Notes: generated by a model from the letters alone, not told the origin. A stretch of 64,000 nucleotides of DNA from an uncultured Eubacteriales bacterium (GCA_949296455.1 CASFOZ010000003.1:83767-147766), one strand, 5' to 3'. Positions 9,239-19,979 are shown, counted from the first letter of the stretch. Numbers and translations are program-made.

Positions 9239-9910
9239 TTACTTCTTTTCCTTTTTAAAACACATAAACCAATCCAAACAATAAGTATCTGCGCTTTTAT
9301 TTTCCATTCTTTCCTTTGCCGTACCGCAACTGCTCGCAGTAGGAATTATAACATCGTCTCCGGGACGCCAATCGGCAGGAGTAGCGACATTATCTTTATC
9401 GGCTTTTTGAAGTGCAAGAATAATTCTTTTGATTTCATCGAAATTTCTTCCCGTAGAAAGCGGATAATATAATATTGTTCTGATTACCCCTTTCGGGTCG
9501 ATTACAAAAACAGCTCTTACCGCTTGTGTGTTTGATTGATTAGGTTGTATCATTCCGTATTTTTTTGCAACTTCCATACGGATATCTTCAATCAGAGGAA
9601 AGGTAACATTTATGTTCTTTTTATCTTTCCATTCAAGTTTCTGAATTTTTCTGAGCCATGCAATATGTGCATATAGCGAATCAACGGATAAGCCTACCAA
9701 TTGAACATTTAAAGCCTTGAATTCGTCTATCATAGAACCGAAAGTCATAAACTCTGTCGTGCAAACCGGTGTAAAGTCCGCAGGATGCGAAAATAAAATT
9801 ACCCATTTACCTTGAAAGTCGGAAGGAAATTTAATGTTTCCTTGCGTTGTTACTGCTTCGAATTCGGGTGCCTTATCCCCGATAAGCGGCATACGATTTA
9901 ATTCTTCCAT
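9239..9910 (-). CDS. Peroxiredoxin (AhpC/TSA family, PVCTTE / Prx6-like)
   Basis: FSHPADFTPVCTTE peroxidatic Cys motif, GRNFDEI, TPADW; start taken as ATG 9910 after GGAGG. Confidence 0.92.
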   Translation of the reverse strand: MEELNRMPLIGDKAPEFEAVTTQGNIKFPSDFQGKWVILFSHPADFTPVCTTEFMTFGSMIDEFKALNVQLVGLSVDSLYAHIAWLRKIQKLEWKDKKNINVTFPLIEDIRMEVAKKYGMIQPNQSNTQAVRAVFVIDPKGVIRTILYYPLSTGRNFDEIKRIILALQKADKDNVATPADWRPGDDVIIPTASSCGTAKERMENKSADTYCLDWFMCFKKEKK

Positions 9911-9920
9911 AATTACCTCC

Positions 9921-9979
9921 ATATTTAAGAATAATAATCATTCTTAAATATATGATATATTATCGGAATTTTTTGTCAA
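9921..9979 (-). promoter_or_regulatory. Peroxiredoxin promoter (TTGACA-16-TATCAT) with a 12-7-12 palindromic operator, Fur/PerR-like
   Basis: ATATTTAAGAAT-aataatc-ATTCTTAAATAT at 9921-9951, between the -10 and the SD. Confidence 0.65.
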
Positions 9980-10017
9980 TAATTTTACTATAAATTTTAA
10001 ATTTTATTTTTAATTAT

Positions 10018-10041
10018 AAAAAAAAGGCTTTCGCCTTTTTT
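10018..10041 (-). terminator. Intrinsic terminator (bidirectional type)
   Basis: A-tract-ggc-tttc-gcc-T-tract immediately after the stop codon. Confidence 0.7.
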
Positions 10042-10042
10042 A

Positions 10043-10843
10043 TTATAACAGGTTTTTTATTTCATTTTGAAAATGGGAAAGCACTATACCCGGTTCTTCC
10101 AAATCGTTAAGCCAACGCTTTAACCATTCAAGCGAAAGGTACCCTTTATATTTTAAATCGGAAAGAGCTTTAATGGCTTCCTTTAAAGGAACATCCCCTT
10201 TTCCGAGCAAAGTGTAAACAAGTTTTTCGTTTTTGTAAATGCTGTCTTTTATGTGAACGTATTTTACATATTCTCCGATATTGTCAAGAGTAAAACTAAC
10301 AGTTTCGTTGTTAAAACGGAAAGGATGATGAACATCCCATAATATACCTTTATTTTTGCTTTTACAATTTTCCATAAAACTTTTGGCAACGAAACTGTCG
10401 CATAAAGCTCCGTTTGTTTCAATAAGCGGAGTAACTTTTTTCTTTTTTCCGTATTCACAAAGTGTATTGTAAACTTCGAGCGCTTTTGCGATATCGCAAT
10501 CTTCTTTATCGATACTCTGAGTACAGAGAACTCTTACATAAGGAACCCCTAACTTTGAAGCGGTATCTATATACTCTTTGACTTCTTTTTCGGCATTTTC
10601 AGAATTACCTGGTTTAGCAAGTTCGGCAGCCGACGATAAAATGGATATTTCTATACCTGCATTTTTTAGTTTAGTTAAGGTATCGTTTAAATGTTCTTTA
10701 TCGAATTCTTTTATTTTAGGAGCGTAAATTTCATTGCCTACTCCTCTGATTTCTATACCGTTATATCCTAAATCCTTTGCTGCCGAAAAAATTTCATTAA
10801 AAGACCATTTAGGACAAGCTAAAGTAGAAAAAGCAATTTTCAT
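10043..10843 (-). CDS. Sugar-phosphate isomerase/epimerase family TIM-barrel protein (AP_endonuc_2)
   Basis: FSTLACP, GIEIRG, IET, WDVHH, VHIKD, LSLEW metal-binding pattern. Confidence 0.85.
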   Translation of the reverse strand: MKIAFSTLACPKWSFNEIFSAAKDLGYNGIEIRGVGNEIYAPKIKEFDKEHLNDTLTKLKNAGIEISILSSAAELAKPGNSENAEKEVKEYIDTASKLGVPYVRVLCTQSIDKEDCDIAKALEVYNTLCEYGKKKKVTPLIETNGALCDSFVAKSFMENCKSKNKGILWDVHHPFRFNNETVSFTLDNIGEYVKYVHIKDSIYKNEKLVYTLLGKGDVPLKEAIKALSDLKYKGYLSLEWLKRWLNDLEEPGIVLSHFQNEIKNLL

Positions 10844-10860
10844 AATAATTCCTCCTTAAA

Positions 10861-12522
10861 TTAAGCTGTTTCGATATTTGCGGCTTTTTGAAGATTAAAC
10901 TTTTCTATTGCCGCTTCACGCATTTTATATTTTTGTATTTTTCCTGCCGCATTCGTCGGAAAACTTGTAACGAATTCAACATATTTAGGCACTTTATGTC
11001 TTGCCATATGACTGAGTACGAACTGTTTGACTTCTTCTTCGGTCATACTTTCGCCCTTTTTCAAAATTATTGCAGCCATAACTTCTTCCCCGTACTGTTC
11101 GGATGGAACTCCAATAACCTGAACATCGGAAATTTTAGGATGAGTGTATAAAAATTCTTCGATTTCCTTAGGATAAATATTTTCTCCGCCTCTTATAATC
11201 ATATCTTTTATACGGCCTACGACTTTATAGTAACCGTGTTCGTCCACAGTACACAAATCGCCGGTATGAAGCCAACCGTCTTTATCGATAGCAAGAGCAG
11301 TCGCCTCAGGCATTTTATAATATCCTTTCATTATATTATACCCTCTCGCACAAAATTCACCGGGCATATTCGGAGCAAGCGTTTCGCCCGTTTCGGTGTC
11401 AACTATTTTACCTTCTATTCCGGGAAGCATTTTTCCTACGGTCTGAACCCTTCTTTCTATACTGTCGTCGGTTGAAGTTTGAGTACAAACAGGAGAAGCT
11501 TCCGTTTGTCCGTAAGCAATAGTTATTTCACTCATACCCATTTCGTCAATGGTCTGCTGCATTACTTTAACAGGACAAGGAGAACCTGCCATAATACCGG
11601 TACGCAGATTAAGTTTATATTTTTTGAAATCAGGATGTTCGAGCATAGCTATAAACATTGTAGGAACTCCGTGAAGAGCCGTACATTTTTCGTCCTGAAC
11701 TGCACCTAAAACATCAAGCGGTCTGAAATAATCGACAAGGACAATAGAAGTTGCGTGAGTCACTGCCGCCATAGTCGCAAGGACAAGGCCGAAGCAATGG
11801 AAAAGCGGAACGCATATACAAAGTTTGTCTTTATCCGTAAATTTCATACAGTCGCCTATACTCTTACCGTTATTGAGAATATTATAATGTGTAAGCATTA
11901 CGCCTTTTGGAAAGCCTGTCGTTCCGGAAGTATACTGAATATTAACTATATCGTCCTTATCGAGCGATAAGGTAATATTATTCAGTTCTTCGTCGGAAAT
12001 ATTCTTTCCGAAATACTTGATGTTTTCGAAAGGAAGCATTCCATTCGGTCTTAAATCCGTACCTGCAATTACAATTCTTTTCAAGAAAGGCAATTTTTCA
12101 TTTTCAATATATCCGTCTTTTGCGTCATCTATTTGAGGACAAAGTTCTCGTACTATTTCAACATAATTACTATCCTTGAATTTATCGAGCATAACGAGCA
12201 TTTTTGTATCGGATTGTCTTAAAAGATATTCAAGTTCAAAAACTTTATAATTGGTATTAACCGTAACAAGAACGGCTCCGATTTTTGCCGAAGCAAAAAG
12301 TATAATAAGCCATTCCGGAATATTGGTTGCCCAAATTGCGATATGGTCGCCTTTTTTGACACCGAGACCGAGCAGACCTTTAGCAACTTCGTTGCATTCG
12401 TCGTTAAACTCTTTCCAGGTACGACAGTAATTTCTTGTGTAGTGCTTAACTGCCGTATCGTCTCTATGCGACACAGCCAAATCGTTAAGAACCTTGCCTA
12501 ATGTATCGTTTATAAAATTCAT
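10861..12522 (-). CDS. AMP-binding acyl-CoA synthetase
   Basis: YTSGTTGFPKG, YGQTE, HTGD, GRIKDMIIRGGENIYP, GKIQK. Confidence 0.93.
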   Translation of the reverse strand: MNFINDTLGKVLNDLAVSHRDDTAVKHYTRNYCRTWKEFNDECNEVAKGLLGLGVKKGDHIAIWATNIPEWLIILFASAKIGAVLVTVNTNYKVFELEYLLRQSDTKMLVMLDKFKDSNYVEIVRELCPQIDDAKDGYIENEKLPFLKRIVIAGTDLRPNGMLPFENIKYFGKNISDEELNNITLSLDKDDIVNIQYTSGTTGFPKGVMLTHYNILNNGKSIGDCMKFTDKDKLCICVPLFHCFGLVLATMAAVTHATSIVLVDYFRPLDVLGAVQDEKCTALHGVPTMFIAMLEHPDFKKYKLNLRTGIMAGSPCPVKVMQQTIDEMGMSEITIAYGQTEASPVCTQTSTDDSIERRVQTVGKMLPGIEGKIVDTETGETLAPNMPGEFCARGYNIMKGYYKMPEATALAIDKDGWLHTGDLCTVDEHGYYKVVGRIKDMIIRGGENIYPKEIEEFLYTHPKISDVQVIGVPSEQYGEEVMAAIILKKGESMTEEEVKQFVLSHMARHKVPKYVEFVTSFPTNAAGKIQKYKMREAAIEKFNLQKAANIETA

Positions 12523-12804
12523 TGGTCCGCTCTCTCCTTTTTATATTTTTTTGATAATAGCACAAATTTCGAAAATCTGCAATTGAAAATAATATAATAA
12601 TATAACAATAATTTATAAATTTAATAATTATTTAATTAAAAAATTATTTAAATAAAAAATTTAAATCAAATTCAATCTGACTTTATAAACTTTACTGATT
12701 TTATAAATTTTTAAAAAGATGGAAAGCAATCAGCAAATTTAATAATTTCAATATGATATTTTAGATTTATTTTTAGTCTTTAATCATAACATCAATTAAC
12801 AAAT

Positions 12805-12830
12805 AAAAAAAGTCCTTTCGGACTTTTTTT
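12805..12830 (-). terminator. Intrinsic terminator after clpX
   Basis: aaaaaaagtcc-tttc-ggacttttttt. Confidence 0.75.
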
Positions 12831-14103
12831 AAGCTATATCGGCATTTTTTTGTTTTCGCTCTATGAAAGGCTCCGAATTATTTTCGATACAGTCCTTAGT
12901 TATAACAACTTTAACGATATCTTTATCGCTAGGGATATCGAACATAACTTTAATCATTGTCTTTTCGAGAATGGATTTAAGGCCTCTTGCACCGGTATTA
13001 AGGCTCTGAGCCTTTTTAGCAACGGCGACAAGGGCTTCTCTGTCTATTTCGAGTTTGACTCCGTCCATTTCAAGTAATTTCTGATACTGTTTAACGATTG
13101 CGTTTTTAGGTTCGGTCATTATTTTAATCAGCGCTTCTTCATTAAGATTATTAAGCCCCACCACTACAGGAACTCTGCCTACGAATTCCGGTATAAGACC
13201 GTATTTGATTAAATCTTCCGGTTCGATATCGGAGTTAATATCTCCGTAATTCATTTTTTCCTTTTTGTCTTTTATTTCGGCTCCGAAACCGAATGTAGAA
13301 GCATTTTTTCTTTTATCGATAATTTTTTCAAGTCCGACAAACGCACCGCCGCAAATAAATAAAATGTTCGTGGTATCGATAGGAATAACTTCCTGTTGAG
13401 GATGCCTTCTTCCTCCGTTGGGAGGAACCGAAGAAACCGTCCCTTCTATAATTTTAAGAAGAGCCTGCTGAACTCCTTCGCCGGATACATCTCTCGTTAT
13501 AGACATGTTTTCGTTTTTTCTTGCAATCTTATCGATTTCATCGATATAAACTATACCGACTTGCGCTCTTTCAATATCGTAATTGGCATTTTGAATAAGT
13601 TTAAGAAGAATATTTTCAACATCGTCGCCTACATATCCCGCTTCGGTTAAAGTAGTTGCGTCGGCAATAGCAAAAGGCACATTTAATATAGTAGCAAGCG
13701 CTTTTGCAAGCAAAGTTTTTCCGCAACCCGTAGGTCCGAGCAGAAGCACGTTGCTTTTTTCGACTACGACATCTTTATTGCTGTCCTGAACTTTGTCCAA
13801 AGTATTATTTATGCGTTTATAATGGTTATACACCTGAACTGCAAGAACTTTTTTAGCCTCTTCCTGGTCAATAATGTATTCGTCGAGTTTTTCTTTTATT
13901 TCCTTAGGAGATAAAAGATTTACCGTGGTTTTATTTTTCTTAGAAAAAGCCGAATCTTTTTCGATAAGTTTATTACAAGTCTCTATACACTGGTCACATA
14001 AAAATATACCGTTTGGACCTGCAATCATTTTGTCGACTTCGCTTTCGCTTTTTTGACAAAACGAACAAACTATTTTTTTGTCCTTGTCTTTGTTATTTTC
14101 CAT
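12829..14103 (-). CDS. clpX: ClpX ATPase
   Basis: CSFC..CDQC zinc finger, [27 protein letters not shown]; start revised to ATG 14103 (MENNKDK). Confidence 0.97.
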   Translation of the reverse strand: MENNKDKDKKIVCSFCQKSESEVDKMIAGPNGIFLCDQCIETCNKLIEKDSAFSKKNKTTVNLLSPKEIKEKLDEYIIDQEEAKKVLAVQVYNHYKRINNTLDKVQDSNKDVVVEKSNVLLLGPTGCGKTLLAKALATILNVPFAIADATTLTEAGYVGDDVENILLKLIQNANYDIERAQVGIVYIDEIDKIARKNENMSITRDVSGEGVQQALLKIIEGTVSSVPPNGGRRHPQQEVIPIDTTNILFICGGAFVGLEKIIDKRKNASTFGFGAEIKDKKEKMNYGDINSDIEPEDLIKYGLIPEFVGRVPVVVGLNNLNEEALIKIMTEPKNAIVKQYQKLLEMDGVKLEIDREALVAVAKKAQSLNTGARGLKSILEKTMIKVMFDIPSDKDIVKVVITKDCIENNSEPFIERKQKNADIA

Positions 14104-14120
14104 AAAACAGATAACTACCT

Positions 14121-14702
14121 TTAATGATTTTTTATTATTCCGTCTATCAACCCGTATTTTAAAGCTTCTTCGGCAGTCATGCAATTATCTCTGTCGGTAT
14201 CGGCTATAATTTTTTCCAACGGCTGATTAGTATTTTGAGCGAGTATTTTATTTAATTTATCCTTTGTTCTCAAAATATATTTTGCATAAATTTCTATATC
14301 GGAAGCCTGACCTTCTTTGCCGCCGAGAGGCTGGTGAATTAAAATTTCACTGTTAGGAAGAGAAAATCTTTTTCCTTTGGCACCCGAGCTTAAAAGAAAG
14401 GCACCCATAGAAGCGGCCATACCCACGCAAATAGTAGACACATCGCTTTTGATATAATTCATGGTATCATATATTGCAAGACCTGCGGTAACGCTTCCGC
14501 CCGGGCTGTTAATATAAAAATGAATATCTTTTTCCGGGTCTTTACCTTCAAGATACAGAAGTTCCGCAACTACTATATCGGCAGTCTGGTCGTCAACCTG
14601 ACCTGTCAGAAATATTATTCTGTCTTCAAGAAGTCTCGAATATAAATCGTAACTTCTTTCGCCTTTTCCGGTTTGTTCAATAATATACGGTATTAAATTC
14701 AT
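14121..14702 (-). CDS. clpP: ClpP protease subunit
   Basis: [26 protein letters not shown]; start revised to ATG 14702 after GGGAG (14735 is the alternative). Confidence 0.97.
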   Translation of the reverse strand: MNLIPYIIEQTGKGERSYDLYSRLLEDRIIFLTGQVDDQTADIVVAELLYLEGKDPEKDIHFYINSPGGSVTAGLAIYDTMNYIKSDVSTICVGMAASMGAFLLSSGAKGKRFSLPNSEILIHQPLGGKEGQASDIEIYAKYILRTKDKLNKILAQNTNQPLEKIIADTDRDNCMTAEEALKYGLIDGIIKNH

Positions 14703-14736
14703 TTTCGTACTCCCTGATATAATATGCTTGTCCATA

Positions 14737-16026
14737 TTACTTTATGATATTTTTAGTTTTAACGAATTTGAGAAGTTTTTCACCGACAATCTTATTTTTA
14801 AGATAATCTATCTGACTGTCTTTAAATGTTTTTCTGAACTCCTCATAATCTTTATTATTGCTTTCGGCAATCTTTTTGATTTCTTTTTCGATATCTTTTT
14901 CGGTTGCCGTAATTTTTTCTTTCTTAATAATACTTTCCATAACCAGCTTATTTAAAACTTGTTTTTTTGCAGGTTTTTCATAACTTTTTTCAAGGTCTTC
15001 TTTTGTGGTATTTGTATATTTGAAATACTCTCCTAAACTCGTTCCCTGGTACATGAGTCTGTACTCGAATTCCTGCATCATGTTTTCAATCTGCTGTTTA
15101 ATCATAATATCGGGTATTTTCACTTTGGAAAGAGATGCTATTTTATCGATAATATTGTTTTCGAGTTCGATATCGGCTTGTTCTTCTTTGAATTTAAGTA
15201 TTTTATTTTTTATGCTTTTTTTATACTCTGCCAAAGTATCGAATTCCGAAACATCTTTTGCAAATTCGTCGTTAAGTTCAGGTAATATTTTTTCTCTGAT
15301 TTCGTTAAGTTTAATTGCAAAAACCGTTTTTTTGCCTGCAAGCTGTTCTGCATGATATTCCTTCGGAAATTCAAGTTCGATATCTTTTTCTTCGCCTATT
15401 TTCATACCTGCAACCTGTTCTTCGAATCCGGGAATAAAATTACCCGACCCTAATTCCAAATCCTGATTTTCTGCGGTACCGCCTTCGAATTTAACTCCGT
15501 CAACGCTTCCTGAGTAATTAATATTTACAGTATCGCCTTTTTTACAAGCTCTGTCGGTAACTTCCTGCCATCTTCCTGCAGCATTACGTGCTTTATTTAT
15601 CTCCTCGTCTACTTCCGAATTTTCTACTTTAACCTTTTGCTTTTCGAATTCCAAATCGGTATATTGTCCGAGTTCGACTTCGGGCTTTACAACAACGGTT
15701 GCTTCGAACTTAACTCCTTTATCGGTTATTTCCTTAACCTCGACATCCGGGTGGTCAACGGGAACAACGCTGTCTTTTTCTTTTTCCAAAGCTTCTTCGT
15801 AATAATCGCTCATAACAAAATCCAAAGCGTCTTCGTAAAACACTTCTTTTCCGTACATGTTTTCAATCATTTTTTTCGGAGCTTTTCCCGGACGGAATCC
15901 TTCTATTTTAAATTTATTTTTTGTTTTTAAATAAGCTTTATCAATAGCTAATTGCCAATCTTCTTCGCTGACCTCGAAGGTGAACTTAACTCTTTTGTCT
16001 TTTAATACTTCCTTTTTGTAACTCAT
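14737..16026 (-). CDS. tig: Trigger factor
   Basis: GFRPGKAP signature, FKBP domain ([18 protein letters not shown]); start at ATG 16026 after GGAGG. Confidence 0.97.
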   Translation of the reverse strand: MSYKKEVLKDKRVKFTFEVSEEDWQLAIDKAYLKTKNKFKIEGFRPGKAPKKMIENMYGKEVFYEDALDFVMSDYYEEALEKEKDSVVPVDHPDVEVKEITDKGVKFEATVVVKPEVELGQYTDLEFEKQKVKVENSEVDEEINKARNAAGRWQEVTDRACKKGDTVNINYSGSVDGVKFEGGTAENQDLELGSGNFIPGFEEQVAGMKIGEEKDIELEFPKEYHAEQLAGKKTVFAIKLNEIREKILPELNDEFAKDVSEFDTLAEYKKSIKNKILKFKEEQADIELENNIIDKIASLSKVKIPDIMIKQQIENMMQEFEYRLMYQGTSLGEYFKYTNTTKEDLEKSYEKPAKKQVLNKLVMESIIKKEKITATEKDIEKEIKKIAESNNKDYEEFRKTFKDSQIDYLKNKIVGEKLLKFVKTKNIIK

Positions 16027-16140
16027 TATAACCTCCATATACAGTCCGCAAAGAATTACCCGGCGGAACAGACATCTATTGTATAACCGTTTATAATTTC
16101 GGTTAATAGTTATGATATCATATTTAAACAATATAATCAA
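16027..16140 (-). promoter_or_regulatory. tig promoter (TTGATT-17-TATCAT, extended TG) and ~80-nt structured 5' leader
   Basis: Promoter at 16140-16112; leader hairpins taaccg/cggtta and tccgc/gcgga. Confidence 0.5.
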
Positions 16141-16174
16141 ACGAATTTACAAGACAAAAAACAAAGAAAAAAAT

Positions 16175-16198
16175 AAAAAGGTCTTGAAAGACCTTTTT
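16175..16198 (-). terminator. Intrinsic terminator after purL
   Basis: aaaaaggtct-tgaa-agaccttttt. Confidence 0.75.
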
Positions 16199-16221
16199 AA
16201 ACAAATCGAAAAAAATCAAAA

Positions 16222-19200
16222 TTATGAAAAATATTTTACTCCGCTTTCGAAAATTTTCATATCGTAATTTCCATCAACATTTTTATAAAGATTTTCATCG
16301 TATCTTTCACTATGTCCCATTTTTCCTAATATTCTGCCGTCTGCATTAGTAATACCTTCTATTGCCATCATCGACGCATTCGGATTAAACGGAGAAACCA
16401 TAGTTGCATTATTTGTAAAATCAACATATTGCGTTGCAATCTGACCGCAATCGATAAGTTTTTTGAGAATCTGTTCGTTTGCCACAAATCTGCCTTCCCC
16501 GTGACTTACGGGAACATTGAAAACTTCTCCTGCTTTTATTTGTTTGAACCACGGAGATAATGTGCTTGCCACTCTTATTCTTGTTATTGTGCTTACGTGC
16601 CTTGAAATATTATTGAAGGTTAAAGTCGCCGAATCTTCTTTTAAACTTTCTATTTTTCCGAAAGGAAGCAATCCGAGTTTAACTAAAGCCTGAAAACCGT
16701 TACAAATACCGAGCGCTAAACCGTCCCTTACGAAAAGCAATTCTTCCAATTCTTTTTTGATTCCGAAATTGCGAAAAGCGGTTGCGATAAATTTACCGCT
16801 TCCGTCAGGTTCGTCACCGCCGGAAAATCCGCCGGGGAAAGCGACTATCTGATAGTTTTTCAGCATTTTAGCTATTTCGGAAGCAGAGGCTTCCACCTCT
16901 TTTGAGGTTCTGTTTTTTATTACGAATATATCGCAAACGGCTCCTGCTCTCTCAAAAGCCTTCTTTGTATCGTATTCGCAATTTGTCCCGGGGAAAACCG
17001 GAATAAACACTCTCGGTTTTGCAATTTTCTTACCGTTATAACTTATCGAAGGAACTTCATAAGTTACGGTATGAGCGTCGCCTGAAAAATTACCTTTGGA
17101 AGGATATACGTTTTCGAGAGTGCTCTCGAAAGCCTTTATCGCTTCACCGACCGATAAAGTAAATTCATTACATGAAATTTCTTTCGAGTTATTTATTTTA
17201 CCGATTTTTTCAGAATACTTTAAAGTTTTATCAGGTTTTCCTGCAATGTAAATATCGCCGAACGAAGCCTTGAATAAATCATCGTTCATGTTATCGAAAT
17301 AAAAACCTTTTTCGTTTCCCATACAGCTTTTTACGATTGCCGAAACAAGACCGCCTTCTTCGATAACCCCTGCCGCTTTTATTTTTCCTTTATTTATATC
17401 TTCGGTAATCGAATCATATAAATTTTCCAATTCGTCAAAAACAGGAATATTAAACTCGTCTTTCGGAAGTCTTATTAAATAAACTTCCTCATCGTCGCTG
17501 AATGTATTTGAAATCAATTTATCTGCGTTTGCGATACCTACCGCAAAACTTATCAAAGTAGGCGGAACATCTATATTTTCGAAAGTACCGCTCATAGAAT
17601 CCTTTCCGCCTATTGCGGCAATTTTCATATTAAATTGAGCGTACATTGCGCCAAGGAGCGCCGAAAGAGGTTCTCCCCATCTTTTCGGGTCTTTTCCGAG
17701 CTTTTTGAAAAACTCTTGAAGAGTAAGATAAACTGTACTGAATTTGACTCCCGATGAAATAAGTTTTGAAACAGAAGCTACGATAGAATATATGGCTCCC
17801 GTAAACGGTGAGTTTTCATTCAGATAGGGATAGCAAGCATATGACGAAACGGTTGCAGTATTTGTTTTTCCGAACACAGGAAGTTTAGCCGCCATAACCT
17901 GACACGGGGTAAGCTGTCTTTTCCCACCGAACGGCATAAACACGCTACCTGCGCCGATTGTCGAATCAAAGGTTTCGCCTAAACCTTTTGTAGAACAAAC
18001 ATTCAATCTTGAAAGTTCTTTAAGCAAGGCGTTTTTATAATCTTTTTTTGCGATATCCGATTTAACATTACAGTTGATTTGATTATAATATACGGAAGTA
18101 TCGTCGTTTATTACTGCGTCGGTAATTTGTTTAACTCCGTTTGTATCAAGGAATTCTCTTTTAATGTTAACAATACACTCACCGTCAAGGAACATTCTCA
18201 TTCTGCCCAAGTCGGTAACCGTCGCAACGGGCGTCGCATTTAAATTTTCCTGAGCGGCGAGCGAAATAAATTTATCCACATCTTTTTCTTTTACTACTAC
18301 CGCCATTCTCTCCTGCGATTCGCTTATTGCAATTTCCGTACCGTCAAGACCTTCGTATTTTTTAGGAACCTTATCGAGATTGATATCCAATCCGTCGCTT
18401 AATTCTCCTATGGCAACGGAAACACCGCCGGCACCGAAATCGTTGCATTTAATAATTAAATTTGCAGCATTTTTGTTTCTGAAAAGTCTTTGCAATTTTC
18501 TTTCGGTTAAAGGATTTCCCTTCTGAACTTCCGCTCCGCATTCGGAAACCGATTTTGTCGTATGAGCCTTACTGCTTCCCGTTGCTCCTCCGCAACCGTC
18601 TCTTCCGGTATCGCCGCCCAATAAAATAACGATATCACCGCTTTCCGGTTTTTTTCGCACTATATTTTCTTTGGGAGCTGCGGCAATAACATATCCCGTT
18701 TCGAGTCTTTTCGCCTTGAAATTAGGATGATACATTTCGGCAACGGTACCGGTAGCAAGACCTATCTGATTTCCGTACGACGAGAAGCCTGCTGCGGATT
18801 TATTACAAATAACTCTTTGAGGAAGTTTGCCTTTTAAAGTATCTTGAATTTTTTCTCTCGGGTCAGCAGCGCCCGTAACTCTCATTGCCTGATACACATA
18901 TGTTCTTCCGCTGAGCGGGTCTCTTATAGCTCCGCCAAGACAAGTAGCGGCTCCTCCGACAGGTTCTATTTCAGTAGGATGATTATGAGTCTCGTTTTTA
19001 AACATAACTATCCATTCTTTCTTTTGACCGTCCACATCGGCATTGACACGGATACTGCAAGCGTTAATCTCGTCGCTTTCATCGAGATTTTTAAGAAGAC
19101 CTTCTTTTTTAAGGGCTTTTACGGCAATAGTCGCTATATCCATAAGGCATCTGTGTTTGTTTTTTCCTTTGTTTATGTCGGCAAACAATTCTGTATAACA

Positions 19201-19941
19201 ATCCAAAGCCTTCTGAATATGCGGATTGGAACTTTTAACCGTGATATTTTTAAGTTCGGTAGAAAAAGTGGTATGTCTGCAATGGTCTGACCAATACGTA
19301 TCAATAACTTTGAGTTCCGTAACCGTAGGAGCACGCTTTTCGCTTAGGAAATAGTCACGGACGAAAATTAAGTCGTCTACACTCATAGCAAAGCCCATAT
19401 TTTTATGATACTCTGCAATTTCGTTATCGTTAAGCTTAATAAAGGCTTTTAAAACTTCGACCTTTTTGCCTTTCACTCTGTCTTTTTTTAAACTGTCCGG
19501 TTTATTGAAAGTACCCTCTCTGCTTTCTACAGGATTTATAAGATATTTTTTTATTGAATAAATTTCTTCTTTGGAACAACCTTTAACTGCGTAAATTTTA
19601 GCGCACTCTATCAAAGGAGAATTTTTCATTGTAAGAAGCTGAACACATTGCGAAGCCGAATCGGCTCTTTGGTCGTACTGCCCGGGAAGATACTCGACTA
19701 CAAATTTATCGTACCCTTCAAGAGCGGGAAGTTCTTCAAGAAAAACTTCGTCGACAGGTGGCTCGCTGAAAATGGTTTTTAAAGCTTCGGTAAAATCCGG
19801 TTCCTCTAAATTTTCCACATCGTAGCGAATAAATTCTTTAATTTCACAATCAATATTTAAAAGTTGTTTTAAATCTGCTTTTAATTTTTCTTCTGAAACA
19901 TTGAAACCGTCTTTTTTCTTTACATAAATTCTTCTGACCAT
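16222..19941 (-). CDS. purL: Phosphoribosylformylglycinamidine synthase, large single-chain (clostridial) form
   Basis: WSDHCRH, ETHNHPT, DFGAGG, SESQERM, GGKDSMS; glutaminase domain GICNGFQ, SHGEG, MGHSER. Confidence 0.96.
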   Translation of the reverse strand: MVRRIYVKKKDGFNVSEEKLKADLKQLLNIDCEIKEFIRYDVENLEEPDFTEALKTIFSEPPVDEVFLEELPALEGYDKFVVEYLPGQYDQRADSASQCVQLLTMKNSPLIECAKIYAVKGCSKEEIYSIKKYLINPVESREGTFNKPDSLKKDRVKGKKVEVLKAFIKLNDNEIAEYHKNMGFAMSVDDLIFVRDYFLSEKRAPTVTELKVIDTYWSDHCRHTTFSTELKNITVKSSNPHIQKALDCYTELFADINKGKNKHRCLMDIATIAVKALKKEGLLKNLDESDEINACSIRVNADVDGQKKEWIVMFKNETHNHPTEIEPVGGAATCLGGAIRDPLSGRTYVYQAMRVTGAADPREKIQDTLKGKLPQRVICNKSAAGFSSYGNQIGLATGTVAEMYHPNFKAKRLETGYVIAAAPKENIVRKKPESGDIVILLGGDTGRDGCGGATGSSKAHTTKSVSECGAEVQKGNPLTERKLQRLFRNKNAANLIIKCNDFGAGGVSVAIGELSDGLDINLDKVPKKYEGLDGTEIAISESQERMAVVVKEKDVDKFISLAAQENLNATPVATVTDLGRMRMFLDGECIVNIKREFLDTNGVKQITDAVINDDTSVYYNQINCNVKSDIAKKDYKNALLKELSRLNVCSTKGLGETFDSTIGAGSVFMPFGGKRQLTPCQVMAAKLPVFGKTNTATVSSYACYPYLNENSPFTGAIYSIVASVSKLISSGVKFSTVYLTLQEFFKKLGKDPKRWGEPLSALLGAMYAQFNMKIAAIGGKDSMSGTFENIDVPPTLISFAVGIANADKLISNTFSDDEEVYLIRLPKDEFNIPVFDELENLYDSITEDINKGKIKAAGVIEEGGLVSAIVKSCMGNEKGFYFDNMNDDLFKASFGDIYIAGKPDKTLKYSEKIGKINNSKEISCNEFTLSVGEAIKAFESTLENVYPSKGNFSGDAHTVTYEVPSISYNGKKIAKPRVFIPVFPGTNCEYDTKKAFERAGAVCDIFVIKNRTSKEVEASASEIAKMLKNYQIVAFPGGFSGGDEPDGSGKFIATAFRNFGIKKELEELLFVRDGLALGICNGFQALVKLGLLPFGKIESLKEDSATLTFNNISRHVSTITRIRVASTLSPWFKQIKAGEVFNVPVSHGEGRFVANEQILKKLIDCGQIATQYVDFTNNATMVSPFNPNASMMAIEGITNADGRILGKMGHSERYDENLYKNVDGNYDMKIFESGVKYFS

Positions 19942-19979
19942 ATTATTCTCCGTTATAATTCCGTTTTGTCCTGAATCGA

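Noticed and set aside
12523-12804. Very AT-rich 280-bp spacer (similar ones at 6020-6190 and 32202-32360) considered as origin, CRISPR leader or small-RNA locus
   Set aside because: No DnaA-box cluster, no repeat-spacer array, no stable GC stem and no credible ORF; consistent with ordinary intergenic DNA.
16027-16140. N-terminal extensions in the ORF track for tig (also clpX, murF, asd, aspS)
   Set aside because: Downstream ATGs match the expected family N-termini and mostly have clear SDs; the extensions run through promoters or upstream genes.
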